Shown piece by piece: positions 1-8,788 of a stretch of 64,000 nt of DNA. The position numbers and the translations under genes are program-made. Location: assembly GCF_002415085.1 (NCBI RefSeq), contig NZ_DIBV01000004.1, forward strand, positions 141,586 to 205,585, given 5' to 3'. The number at the start of each line of letters is the position of its first letter. Position 1 is the stretch's first letter. The notes under the pieces were generated by a model. The model was not told where the DNA came from. It worked only from the letters and a program-made list of their open reading frames with translations, and did not search any database. The stretch comes from Arsukibacterium sp. UBA5043 (GTDB taxonomy: Bacteria > Pseudomonadota > Gammaproteobacteria > Enterobacterales > Alteromonadaceae).

Positions 1-67
1 TGGGGCGAGTTGCCTGCAGTGAAGTAACCGCTTGCGTCAATGACCAGAACTAACTCAGGGAGGCACA

Positions 68-292
68 ATGACCACAGAAAATCCTCATCAGAAAGAACAT
101 AGTATTGCAGACTTTGAAGCATTGAAAACGGCGATAGCCAACGGTGAATCAGCACTGGTAAAGGACATACTGGCTGGTCAGACTATGCACAAGCTCGAAA
201 AAGACTATCTGCTCGACTTAGCGCGGCTGGGTAATGACCGCACTATTATCAAGCTGTTGGACGCTATTCCTGTCAAGCAAAAGCCCGGCTGA
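68..292 (+). CDS. hypothetical small protein (74 aa)
   Basis: Complete ORF; GGAGG at 59-63 four nt before the ATG; no family recognised. Confidence 0.35.
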   Translation: MTTENPHQKEHSIADFEALKTAIANGESALVKDILAGQTMHKLEKDYLLDLARLGNDRTIIKLLDAIPVKQKPG

Positions 293-302
293 TCACTACC
301 GG

Positions 303-1142
303 TCAGGGTTGATCTGCTGCTTTTATGACGCTGGCAGGTAAGGTTAGCGTGTAGGCCATGGTGACAATAACAAACTGCAAGTATAACGATTGGACTAACA
401 ACTTGTATTCGACCCATTGCGTACCTGATATCCACAACGTGAGTGAGAGATTAAGCAGGGCAATCAGCCAGATAACGAGATTTACATCCAACAGTTTTGA
501 CTTAATTGCCTGGCGGTGTTCAGGCAGTTTAATTGCCTTAAATTGATTACTGCGGTAAATCGTGAATAACGTAGTTATAAATACTCCGTTGAGAAGAAGC
601 GCCCCTAGCAGGTTGGCATAACCAGCAAACCCCGGGAAAGGATGCTGTTTAAAATAAAACACGGTGCTGACAAACAGGAGTTGCGCTGCGACCACGGCCA
701 AAACTAAAGAGGGTGACAATAGCTGATACCATTTGATCGGTTTTAGCGATGCAGTGCGAATAGTGTCAGTATATTGCAGCAGAATAGCATAAAGTTGTTT
801 TTGTTTTAGCGCGATGTGCAGAATCGGGATCGCGGCGATGAAAAACAATACCATCAGTCCGGCTTGGTTGTCCCAGTTAAATAATTCACTTTGATTGCTC
901 TGCGCTTGCCAGGCAACCGCAATACCAAACGCAAAGCAGACAAATGTCAGAGGCATAAATACCTTAAGTGAGTTGTTGGTATGCTTGGCTATAGCGGGTT
1001 TTGCCGCAGGAAACGCCGGGCAGGCAAATGCTCTTGCCAGATATAAATAACGCAGGTAACTAATAATGGGCACTAAACCCAGTGTCACCAAAACCTGCAG
1101 CATTGGCACGAAGTATTGCGATTCTGATTGAAAGTTAAACAT
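303..1142 (-). CDS. multi-pass inner-membrane protein, cotranscribed partner of the YtrA-type regulator
   Basis: 279 aa with about 8 hydrophobic segments; starts 9 nt after the stop of the upstream GntR gene on the same strand. Confidence 0.6.
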   Translation of the reverse strand: MFNFQSESQYFVPMLQVLVTLGLVPIISYLRYLYLARAFACPAFPAAKPAIAKHTNNSLKVFMPLTFVCFAFGIAVAWQAQSNQSELFNWDNQAGLMVLFFIAAIPILHIALKQKQLYAILLQYTDTIRTASLKPIKWYQLLSPSLVLAVVAAQLLFVSTVFYFKQHPFPGFAGYANLLGALLLNGVFITTLFTIYRSNQFKAIKLPEHRQAIKSKLLDVNLVIWLIALLNLSLTLWISGTQWVEYKLLVQSLYLQFVIVTMAYTLTLPASVIKAADQP

Positions 1143-1151
1143 AAAATATCC

Positions 1152-1529
1152 TTACCTTTTGTCATTTGAAATAGCATGATTGAACGCGATCCTTATTTCG
1201 GAATCAGTGGCGCCTATTGCCCGGTAACGCGCTATATCCTTTGCTAACTCGGTATGAAGCCATTCGCCGATATTAATCTGAACATTTTCCCGGGCATGAA
1301 GATGGACAAAGCTACCTCGGTATCCTTTCGATTCGATAACTTTATCTCGTTCCAGCAGCTGATAAGCCTTAGCGACAGTTTTTGAATTAATATCCAGCTC
1401 TGACGCCAACTGCCGGATTGATGGAAGTTGATCACCAGGTACTAAAACGTTTTGCTCAATAGCCTTTTTAATTTGCTGGATTAACTGGTTAAACAATGGC
1501 TCCGATGAGCTGAGATCGATCGCAATCAT
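1152..1529 (-). CDS. GntR-family transcriptional regulator, short YtrA-like subfamily
   Basis: 125 aa; N-terminal winged-HTH pattern (PGDQLPSIRQLASELDINSKTVAKAYQLLERDKVIESKGYRGSFV) with only a short C-terminal extension. Confidence 0.8.
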   Translation of the reverse strand: MIAIDLSSSEPLFNQLIQQIKKAIEQNVLVPGDQLPSIRQLASELDINSKTVAKAYQLLERDKVIESKGYRGSFVHLHARENVQINIGEWLHTELAKDIARYRAIGATDSEIRIAFNHAISNDKR

Positions 1530-1622
1530 ATTGCACGCGCAGGGGTAAGGTGATGTAAAAACATGTTGAGATCCTTTGTTATCAAACTTCGGATTGGGAT
1601 AGCCGAAACTTACTATAAAACC

Positions 1623-1652
1623 ATATGTACCATTACATCAAGTGGTACATAT
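1623..1652. promoter_or_regulatory. candidate GntR/YtrA operator palindrome
   Basis: Perfect 10-bp arms ATATGTACCA-N10-TGGTACATAT about 95-125 nt upstream of the regulator ATG; contains the GT...AC core typical of GntR operators. Confidence 0.45.
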
Positions 1653-1735
1653 TATTTAAAGTAGAACGTAGAGCTAACTAATGCAAGGATGTTCTGTTAA
1701 TAATGTTGTTGTAAACAATAAATGTCAGCTGAGGA

Positions 1736-2719
1736 TTAGGTGCTGACCTGGCATTGCGACGCTGCTGCATTATCCGCTTGTTCAGCAACACCAATTTGTC
1801 GCTGGCTATCAAGCAGGTTGCTGTCTTGCGGTGCTAACAACAGCGCAGCTGCAATTAATGTTTTTGCTTGACGGTGGCAGCCAAGCTCGCTGAGCAGCAC
1901 CGCATAATTGTTCAGGAAGGGTATCTGTTGTCCGGCACTGGGCAGACCTTGTTCAAACCAGTGGGCGGCCATTAGTGGCTCGGTTGCATAGTAATGGTTA
2001 CCCAGTAAAAAGTACGGCAGCCAGTAGTCTGGCCACTGCCTGGTAGCCGTTATCAGGGCAGCGAGGCCAGCATTTGTTTGCCTGGTGTTGATAAGATCTT
2101 GACAGGCTTTGGTGTAAACAAAAGGGTCAAGCTGGGTGCTGGCCAGTTCAGGGGGCAACATGGCCAGCAGCCAGTAGTTAGCGCGCTGCCAGGTGCGCTC
2201 GAAGGTTGAGAAGTTCAGCCGGTGTGCTTCAGTTACCCCGGTATGTAAAATCATTTCTCTGCTATTGATGTCATAACCCACAACGACCGCGTAATGCCAC
2301 TGAGGTAACCAGCTAATGGAATTATTTTGCAGCACAATCACCGGAATATTATCGGCAACCAGACTGAGTAACTGGCTCATCGTGCCGCGCTGCTGATAGG
2401 CCAGCATGCCCAGCTGACGAGTTGCTGCGGCCATTTCAATTTGTAAGGTACCTTCCAGCGCAGGCGTAAAGGTGTTAGGCGCAATATGTTCCGGGCTGGT
2501 GTTCAAACCATGAAAGTTAGCAACTTCTGCTAAGGTTGTGGGTCCGCAAAAGAACGCCTGCTGTGGATAAAACGGCACCTGAGCAATCACATGCTGACCA
2601 GCAATGGCCGGCGGTGCTGCCAATAGTTGTTTAGTTTGTGGCGGAGTCTGGCATGCGGTTAAACCAAGTAGCAGACCAGCCAACAGGCTGGCCTGTAATG
2701 TAAAGCGGATAAAAAGCAC
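1736..2719 (-). CDS. PA2778-family C39-like cysteine peptidase lipoprotein with C-terminal TPR-like region
   Basis: Lipobox LLGLTAC-Q; papain/C39-like Cys context QAFFCGPTTLAEV and His context WHYAVVVGYD; helical repeat C-terminus. Confidence 0.65.
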   Translation of the reverse strand: MLFIRFTLQASLLAGLLLGLTACQTPPQTKQLLAAPPAIAGQHVIAQVPFYPQQAFFCGPTTLAEVANFHGLNTSPEHIAPNTFTPALEGTLQIEMAAATRQLGMLAYQQRGTMSQLLSLVADNIPVIVLQNNSISWLPQWHYAVVVGYDINSREMILHTGVTEAHRLNFSTFERTWQRANYWLLAMLPPELASTQLDPFVYTKACQDLINTRQTNAGLAALITATRQWPDYWLPYFLLGNHYYATEPLMAAHWFEQGLPSAGQQIPFLNNYAVLLSELGCHRQAKTLIAAALLLAPQDSNLLDSQRQIGVAEQADNAAASQCQVST

Positions 2720-2722
2720 TTA

Positions 2723-3103
2723 TCAGATAGGGCGGATAAACGGGTACACATCGGTAATGCCCATCAGATCAAGCACTGCCACTACCACCAACACGGTAAC
2801 GATAGTACCAACGATACCACCTGCGGGCATATCGTTTAGCTGGGAGTTAAACGCTTCCAGCTCAGCGTTGGTCATGCTGGCAATGCGCTGTTTAGCATCT
2901 GCCGGGCTGACACCCAGCGTCTGCAATTTTTGCTGAACTTCTGCCGTATCGACAAAGGCGAGTACTTGCTGTTTATTGTATTGGTATTGTTGTGTAGCAA
3001 TCACTTGATCAGAAGTGTAAACACCTGCGACAGCAGGGCTGGCAATTACCATGAGCCCGGCAAACATTAACATGGCACTGGCTGTTAGATATTTATTCAT
3101 CAT
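2723..3103 (-). CDS. PA2779-family small secreted/membrane protein
   Basis: 126 aa; Sec signal peptide, Q-rich middle, Gly-Gly at residues 95-96 followed by a 30-residue hydrophobic tail; 3 nt upstream of the peptidase gene. Confidence 0.6.
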   Translation of the reverse strand: MMNKYLTASAMLMFAGLMVIASPAVAGVYTSDQVIATQQYQYNKQQVLAFVDTAEVQQKLQTLGVSPADAKQRIASMTNAELEAFNSQLNDMPAGGIVGTIVTVLVVVAVLDLMGITDVYPFIRPI

Positions 3104-3264
3104 GTATACATCCTTAAGCTGATTGTTTTACGGCGAACTTCGTTGTTGACTTAGATTAACTACATGGAGATTTAACGCTACGCTACGCCTGAAGAGTAGT
3201 TGATCTGATAACCCTTTGCAAATACAAAGGGTTGGCCGTTAGATACCGTAACGGTATGAAAAAT

Positions 3265-4626
3265 TTAGCGAATCAGATGCCACTGCGTTTGCCGGCCGGC
3301 CAGATAAATAACCTGTCTGCCATCAAAGTAGGCACTTTGCTCCAGCTTAATCTGTACCAGTTGGCTCCACTCTGGCACGGTCTGTTTGATATTGCCTTCA
3401 ATGGCGTAAGCGGTATTGGCATAAAGTGGCCAGTCACCTTGCACCGGCGTATCGCCCTGATTATCCCACATGCCTATGGTTGGCCCCGGCGCATGGCCGA
3501 CAAAACCCAATGGGTGGGTGTAGGTGCTGCTGTTAATGTCTGCTTTATTAGCGGCGGCAATGGTCGCTGCCAATACTTGATTACCGCTACGGCCGGTTTT
3601 AAATTCAGCGGTAAGAATATCCTGCCAGCGATTACCGGTGGCCAGCGCTGCTAGCAAGCCCTGTGGTGGCGAGCTCTCGTGATTAAGCAACACATAAGCC
3701 ATTTCCTGGGTGTCGGTACACAGTTTCAGATAGCAAATACCAACATCGGTATGCAAAACATCGCCGCGGTGAATAATACCACTGCTGCCGCAGGATGGAC
3801 TGTCAGCTGCACACGCCATACCGGCACGTTGCAGGCTAACGTAAGGCATAAACCATACCGGTAATTGCAGCTGCTCAAAGCGTTCACGCAGGTACCAGGC
3901 CACATCATCCGTGCTGGTAACACCGGGGGTAATCACTTTATTGCTAAACGCTTCGGCAATAACCGCGCGGGCTAAACTTACGATTTGCGGATAAATCTCC
4001 AGCTCGCTGCGGGTTCGCTGTTCCAGCCAGCGCACCACTAACTGTTCAGCCGATACCAGCCGGCTTTGGTAATCTGCCGGCAGTGCGGCCAGCAGCTGCT
4101 GATGCAGGCCGGAAGTTAAGCCATCGGCTACTGGCCAATGTTCAGAGCTATTAATACCAATGCTTCTCGGTTGGCGTTTAACAATTTCAGCAGCCAGCGC
4201 CTGCCATTGTTCGGTTAAATTACCGCCCGCCCAGGCCGATGTATAAGGTTCGCCAAGTGGGTAACGATTCACCGACAGTTTTTCTATAGTGCCGTCGGCC
4301 AGACGGCTAAACAGCAACATAGTGGTGCGCCGCGCCGCAAAGGTGGGTTGGGGTACCAAGGTAAAATATACCGGATCTTCGGCATACTCCCGATTAATGA
4401 CCAACCACATATCCAGGTCTGATTCAGCCATCAACTGCGGTAACAGCTTTTCAAGCCGCTCATTGAGGATGCGGTTTTCTGGCTCCACTCGCTGGCGTGG
4501 GCTCAGCACCTGATAGTCAGCTGCGCTAATAAGTTGACGGCCTTGGCTGAACGGCGTGGTATTAGCTGACAATGTCGCAGACACCAGCAACGTCGCCAAC
4601 AAGGATAGTAGTAGCGATATTTTCAT
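3265..4626 (-). CDS. secreted M24-family metallopeptidase (Xaa-Pro peptidase-like)
   Basis: Signal peptide; pita-bread metal-ligand contexts HRGDVLHTDVG and HPLGFVGHAPGP and a C-terminal EGN segment. Confidence 0.7.
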   Translation of the reverse strand: MKISLLLSLLATLLVSATLSANTTPFSQGRQLISAADYQVLSPRQRVEPENRILNERLEKLLPQLMAESDLDMWLVINREYAEDPVYFTLVPQPTFAARRTTMLLFSRLADGTIEKLSVNRYPLGEPYTSAWAGGNLTEQWQALAAEIVKRQPRSIGINSSEHWPVADGLTSGLHQQLLAALPADYQSRLVSAEQLVVRWLEQRTRSELEIYPQIVSLARAVIAEAFSNKVITPGVTSTDDVAWYLRERFEQLQLPVWFMPYVSLQRAGMACAADSPSCGSSGIIHRGDVLHTDVGICYLKLCTDTQEMAYVLLNHESSPPQGLLAALATGNRWQDILTAEFKTGRSGNQVLAATIAAANKADINSSTYTHPLGFVGHAPGPTIGMWDNQGDTPVQGDWPLYANTAYAIEGNIKQTVPEWSQLVQIKLEQSAYFDGRQVIYLAGRQTQWHLIR

Positions 4627-4773
4627 GTATAGCCCTTAACACGATTGAATATTCACTGTTTTAAGTCAGATAATATTAAAAAGCAATAGCTTAGATCGGA
4701 AGGCATTGTTTTTATCGTTGCTTCGATATATAAAGCCTGATTGTTTATTTTTTGTATATAAAAGCAGGCGTTA

Positions 4774-6099
4774 ATGAAAGCATTATTAAAAATATTCGTG
4801 GCTACGCTATTGGTGTTGTTGGTGGTCTTATTGGCAATACTGGCAAATGCCACGGTTGAATTAACCAAAGGTGGCGTTTACAGCAAGGTATATTTGCCAA
4901 TAGTCGTAGGCGAAATAAAGTGGAATGCAGCTGGCAGTGTTCAGGCGAGTGAGCCGGCAGTATCTGGCTTGCAAGGCCCGGTTATTGTCAAAAATACTTC
5001 GACACTGCAGTTAACAGCCTGGTGTCAGCATGAACGTATTACCCAGGAGTTGCCACTTGCTACAGTCAATGCACGGTTAGATTGCCAGGGGCGGCAATAT
5101 CACTACCAGCTGGCCGGCTCGCCGCTTAGCATCAATGCTGAAATAGCGACGCCGGCAGCAGTTGCCGTAATTAGCGATCTGGAAGGCAACATCGAATTTT
5201 TTGAGCATTGGGCCCGTAACAGCGGTGTAACCGATGCCAATGGTGACTGGCAGTTTGGCAACGGTCAGCTCATTGTGTTGGGCGATGCCGTCGACAGAGG
5301 ACGTCAGGTGTACGATTTACTATGGCGGTTATACCAGCTGGCGCAGCAGGCTCAACAGCAAGGTGGCCAGTTACTGCTGTTACACGGCAATCATGAGCAA
5401 TATGTGATGCGCGGTCTGGTTGATCGGGTAGAAACTGAGCATTTTTGGGCTATTGAACAACTTATGCCTTACGAGCAAAGTTTTGCTGCTGATACCATTC
5501 TGGGTGGCTGGCTGCGACAGCAACCGATTATTGCCAGAATGGGTGACTATTTGTTTACTCACGGAGGTGTAAGCCCACAGGTACTGGCCAGCGGTTTAAC
5601 CGTAGCGCAGCTTAATAAGCGCTACCACGACACTTTGCAGCAAACTAATGATCAGGTGAGCGAGGCTGACTATTCGTTGTTTTACGGTAGCAGTGGGTTA
5701 AGTCAGTACCGGGCGCTACTGTCGGATAATAATGAAGCAGTGTCCGGTGGCGATTGGCCAGAGGCGCACCTGCAACAAATATTGGCCTCTTTCAAGGTGA
5801 AAGCTCTGGTCATTGGCCACACCCCGCTAGCAAAGCCAGCGGCATTGTATGATGGCCAGCTACTTGCGGTCGAAGCCGAGCAAACCAGCAGTGCATTGCT
5901 TATTCATGATGGCGAAGCAAAATTTACCGATGTAGGGATGCTAAAAACCCGCTTTAGCGAACAACAACCGCAGCATCGCCCGTTCCGCTTGTGGTCAGCC
6001 GCGGACTGGCGGGCGCTAACAGCCAATAGACAGCACCTGGACGATTTAAACCATGCCAAAACCTTTTTTAATCGCGATAAACCAGTTAAAGGTAACTGA
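4774..6099 (+). CDS. membrane-anchored calcineurin-like metallophosphoesterase
   Basis: N-terminal TM helix; motifs VISDLEGN, LGDAVDRG, HGNHE, IGHTP. Confidence 0.7.
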   Translation: MKALLKIFVATLLVLLVVLLAILANATVELTKGGVYSKVYLPIVVGEIKWNAAGSVQASEPAVSGLQGPVIVKNTSTLQLTAWCQHERITQELPLATVNARLDCQGRQYHYQLAGSPLSINAEIATPAAVAVISDLEGNIEFFEHWARNSGVTDANGDWQFGNGQLIVLGDAVDRGRQVYDLLWRLYQLAQQAQQQGGQLLLLHGNHEQYVMRGLVDRVETEHFWAIEQLMPYEQSFAADTILGGWLRQQPIIARMGDYLFTHGGVSPQVLASGLTVAQLNKRYHDTLQQTNDQVSEADYSLFYGSSGLSQYRALLSDNNEAVSGGDWPEAHLQQILASFKVKALVIGHTPLAKPAALYDGQLLAVEAEQTSSALLIHDGEAKFTDVGMLKTRFSEQQPQHRPFRLWSAADWRALTANRQHLDDLNHAKTFFNRDKPVKGN

Positions 6100-6221
6100 A
6101 AGTGCCGGGTAGACTAAGACTGGAACATCGACCTGTCTCGCTGCGGTTTTTAAGAGACAACCCTTGCTCAGATTTATAATATAATCTATTACATTCAATT
6201 AACGCAGGAGCGGTAATATCG

Positions 6222-6935
6222 ATGAGTATCACAGGCAACAACAAACGGCCATTGTGGCTGTTTTGCGGCTTGTTGCTGTTGTTGCTGCTAATGGCGCTGC
6301 TATGGCGCTTTGCCTGGGATTCCGATTGGTTGTCGGTAGCACAGGCAAAGCACATGGTGGCTACTGCCGCTAGCTGGCATGGCGAGTTATGGCTATGGCC
6401 ACTGCTGATCACTGTTTTTGTGCTGCTGTTGCTGTTGATGTTTCCGCTTACCATTCTGGTGGTGCTGACCGGCTTTCTGTATGGCCCCTGGTGGGGCTTT
6501 TGTTATGCGACCCTGGGCACCCTGATGTCAGCAATTGTCAGTTATGAAATTGGCAGGCGTACTGGCCAAAAGCCGTTATTGAAGTTTGGTGGTAAACGCA
6601 TGCTGAATATATCGCGGTTTATTGGCGATCGGGGCATCCGAACCATGATCCTGATCAGCATTCTGCCACTGGCGCCTTTTACCCTGACCAACATTATGGC
6701 AGGCGCATCCCATATCCGGTTCTGGCCTTATCTGGCAGGCTCTGCAATCGGCATTATACCGGGCATCGCGCTGGTAAATTTCGCCGGCAGCCAGCTCAGT
6801 GCTCTGTTGCAAAGCACCGACAAAACAGACGTCGCCGTCAGTATTGGCACCTTGGTATTGGTGACGCTGATACTGATATTCGCACCACGCTGGTTGAAAA
6901 AATACTGGCGAAAAAGGCGGCACCACCAAGTGTGA
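6222..6935 (+). CDS. TVP38/TMEM64 (DedA-related) family membrane protein
   Basis: 237 aa polytopic protein with VLTGFLYGPWWG and LPLAPFTLTN segments typical of the SNARE-associated/DedA superfamily. Confidence 0.65.
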   Translation: MSITGNNKRPLWLFCGLLLLLLLMALLWRFAWDSDWLSVAQAKHMVATAASWHGELWLWPLLITVFVLLLLLMFPLTILVVLTGFLYGPWWGFCYATLGTLMSAIVSYEIGRRTGQKPLLKFGGKRMLNISRFIGDRGIRTMILISILPLAPFTLTNIMAGASHIRFWPYLAGSAIGIIPGIALVNFAGSQLSALLQSTDKTDVAVSIGTLVLVTLILIFAPRWLKKYWRKRRHHQV

Positions 6936-7016
6936 CGGCGGCTTGTGACAAAGACTTTGGTCAACCTGAAAGCTGTTTTACGTTACACTATGGCAAGACC
7001 ATTCAAAGGAGCTGTT

Positions 7017-8243
7017 ATGCCGCGTTATTCTGCTGATTTTATTAAAGCTATGCCAAAATCTGATTTGCACCTGCACTTAGATGGCAGTCTGCGGCTGGAC
7101 AGTCTGATTGACATGGCGAAGCGCACGGACACTAAGTTGCCGTCGCAAAGTATTGACGGCTTGAAACAGTTGGTATTTAAAGACAAATATCAGAATCTGG
7201 CTGAGTACCTGCACTGTTTCCAATATACCTGTGCTGTGCTGCGCGACCCCGAAAATTTAGAACAAGCTGCGTACGAACTAGCCATTGATAACCAGAACGA
7301 GGGCGTTAATTACATCGAAGTAAGGTTTGCACCGCAACTGCTGATTGATTTAAGTCGGGGTATCGATTTTGATCAGGTGATGCATGCGGTTAATAATGGC
7401 TTGAAGCGGGCGCAGGATGAATATAACCGCACTGAAGCTGTGCTTAGCGGTAATAAACCCCCGTTTGGTTATGGCATTATCAATTGCGCGATGCGGATGT
7501 TTGGCGATAAAGGCTTTTCGCCGTATTACACCAACTTATTTCAGCTAATGCGCGACTTTGAGCCAATGGACGTGATTAAACTGGCGGCGATGGAATTGGT
7601 GCGGGCCAGTGTGCGGTTGCGAGATCAACACGCGATGCCGATAGTGGGCCTGGATTTAGCAGGCCAGGAGTCGGGCTATCCAGCCAGCAAATTCAAGGAA
7701 GTGTACGAGTATGCCCACCAGCATTTTATGCTGAAAACCCTGCATGCTGGTGAGGCCTATGGTGCCGAAAGCGTTTTCGAAGCCATTACTGAATGCTATG
7801 CCGATCGGATTGGCCATGGTTATTCTATGTTTATTCCAGACATGATTCATAGCCCGGATATTGCCGACAAAGCCGCGTACATTCGTAATCTGGCCAGCTA
7901 TATCGCCGACAAACGTATCGCCATAGAAGTATGCCTGACCAGTAACCTGCAAACCAACCCGCAACTCACTGATATTCGGCAGCATCAATTTAAAGCCATG
8001 CTGGATAATCGAATGGCGACAGTAATATGCACCGACAATCGGCTGGTATCGAACACCACGGTATGCAATGAATACCAGCTGGCGCTGGATAACTTTGATA
8101 TTCCGTTAAAACGTTTAAAAGACATGGTGGCTTACGGCTTTAAAAAGAGCTTTTTTCCAGGAAGCTATGTAGAAAAGCGCCAGTATGCCAAGAACTGCCT
8201 GGACTATTTTGATCGAGTTGCCAAACAGTATGGATTTATTTAA
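7017..8243 (+). CDS. adenosine/AMP deaminase-family protein
   Basis: KSDLHLHLDGS metal motif, TLHAGE, CTDN; start moved to the ATG at 7017 preceded by AAGGAG (ORF track starts at a GTG at 6945). Confidence 0.75.
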   Translation: MPRYSADFIKAMPKSDLHLHLDGSLRLDSLIDMAKRTDTKLPSQSIDGLKQLVFKDKYQNLAEYLHCFQYTCAVLRDPENLEQAAYELAIDNQNEGVNYIEVRFAPQLLIDLSRGIDFDQVMHAVNNGLKRAQDEYNRTEAVLSGNKPPFGYGIINCAMRMFGDKGFSPYYTNLFQLMRDFEPMDVIKLAAMELVRASVRLRDQHAMPIVGLDLAGQESGYPASKFKEVYEYAHQHFMLKTLHAGEAYGAESVFEAITECYADRIGHGYSMFIPDMIHSPDIADKAAYIRNLASYIADKRIAIEVCLTSNLQTNPQLTDIRQHQFKAMLDNRMATVICTDNRLVSNTTVCNEYQLALDNFDIPLKRLKDMVAYGFKKSFFPGSYVEKRQYAKNCLDYFDRVAKQYGFI

Positions 8244-8266
8244 ATAAAACATAACGTTATAAATAC

Positions 8267-8284
8267 TGTCGCAAAAGGCATACA
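8267..8284. promoter_or_regulatory. degenerate GlrR-type half-conserved site (TGTC-N10-TACA)
   Basis: TGTC 8267-8270, 10-nt spacer, TACA 8281-8284; 65 bp upstream of the perfect site. Confidence 0.25.
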
Positions 8285-8320
8285 GCTTAACTGATTGATT
8301 AATAACAGTTAAATATTAAG

Positions 8321-8360
8321 CTGGTTAATAGTGTCTCTAATAGCAGACACTATTAACCAG
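8321..8360. promoter_or_regulatory. candidate GlrR/QseF enhancer-binding site inside a perfect 16-bp inverted repeat
   Basis: CTGGTTAATAGTGTCT-N8-AGACACTATTAACCAG; core TGTC(8332-8335)-N10-GACA(8346-8349) equals the published GlrR consensus TGTCN10GACA; about 90 bp upstream of the -24/-12 element. Confidence 0.5.
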
Positions 8361-8422
8361 AAATAGAAAATTCCAAACGTAAAAAATACATAACCATCTG
8401 AAATAAAACAAATATTAAAACT

Positions 8423-8438
8423 TGGCACGACACTTGAT
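8423..8438 (+). promoter_or_regulatory. candidate sigma-54 (-24/-12) promoter
   Basis: TGGCACG-N4-TTGAT versus consensus TGGCACG-N4-TTGCW (GG correct, -12 is GA instead of GC); preceded by a long AT-rich tract; a sigma-54 activator gene lies 2.3 kb downstream. Confidence 0.5.
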
Positions 8439-8467
8439 ATACCTTAGGTAATTACCGGAGGTGTGTT

Positions 8468-8644
8468 ATGGATTTATTCTTAGTTTTTATCACGATGTTC
8501 CTCGTTGCCAATATGATGTTAGTGGTAACAATGCTACGTCGTGTGGATTTAAATAACCCCAGTGTTCAGGCTTGGGAGCAACAGCAGGCTGCTGTTATCC
8601 ATACGGCTAGCCGCACTGAAGCGGTAAACTATACAGCGGTTTAA
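8468..8644 (+). CDS. small membrane peptide (58 aa), not in the supplied ORF track
   Basis: GGAGG at 8457-8461, 6-nt spacer, ATG 8468. MDLFLVFITMFLVANMMLVVTMLRR is one TM helix followed by RR and a polar tail; stop at 8642-8644. Confidence 0.5.
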   Translation: MDLFLVFITMFLVANMMLVVTMLRRVDLNNPSVQAWEQQQAAVIHTASRTEAVNYTAV

Positions 8645-8707
8645 ACCCGCAAGCCGAAATACACCAAACATATTCCCATGAGTTCAGCGTTTTGCTGGAT
8701 GTTTGTT

Positions 8708-8740
8708 CAGGCCAGCCCTCCTTACTGGCCTGTTTTTTTT
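8708..8740 (+). terminator. rho-independent terminator
   Basis: CAGGCCAG-9 nt loop-CTGGCCTG followed by T8. Confidence 0.8.
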
Positions 8741-8788
8741 AGTTAAACAGGTTATGCTAGCGCTAACTTTCTCAGAGTTTAACTGCCT

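Noticed and set aside
3210-3233. Hairpin AACCCTTTG-N6-CAAAGGGTT downstream of the M24 gene
   Set aside because: A perfect 9-bp stem, but no U-run follows on the relevant (minus) strand, so it is not called as an intrinsic terminator.
3232-3654. 140-aa plus-strand ORF
   Set aside because: Antisense shadow within the M24 peptidase gene.
8440-8745. Calling this transcript a true GlmY/GlmZ homologue
   Set aside because: Only the position and promoter logic match. I cannot verify the GlmY stem-loop architecture by eye, and the region carries a well-formed SD plus ORF. It is therefore reported as an unknown sigma-54-dependent small gene, not as glmY.
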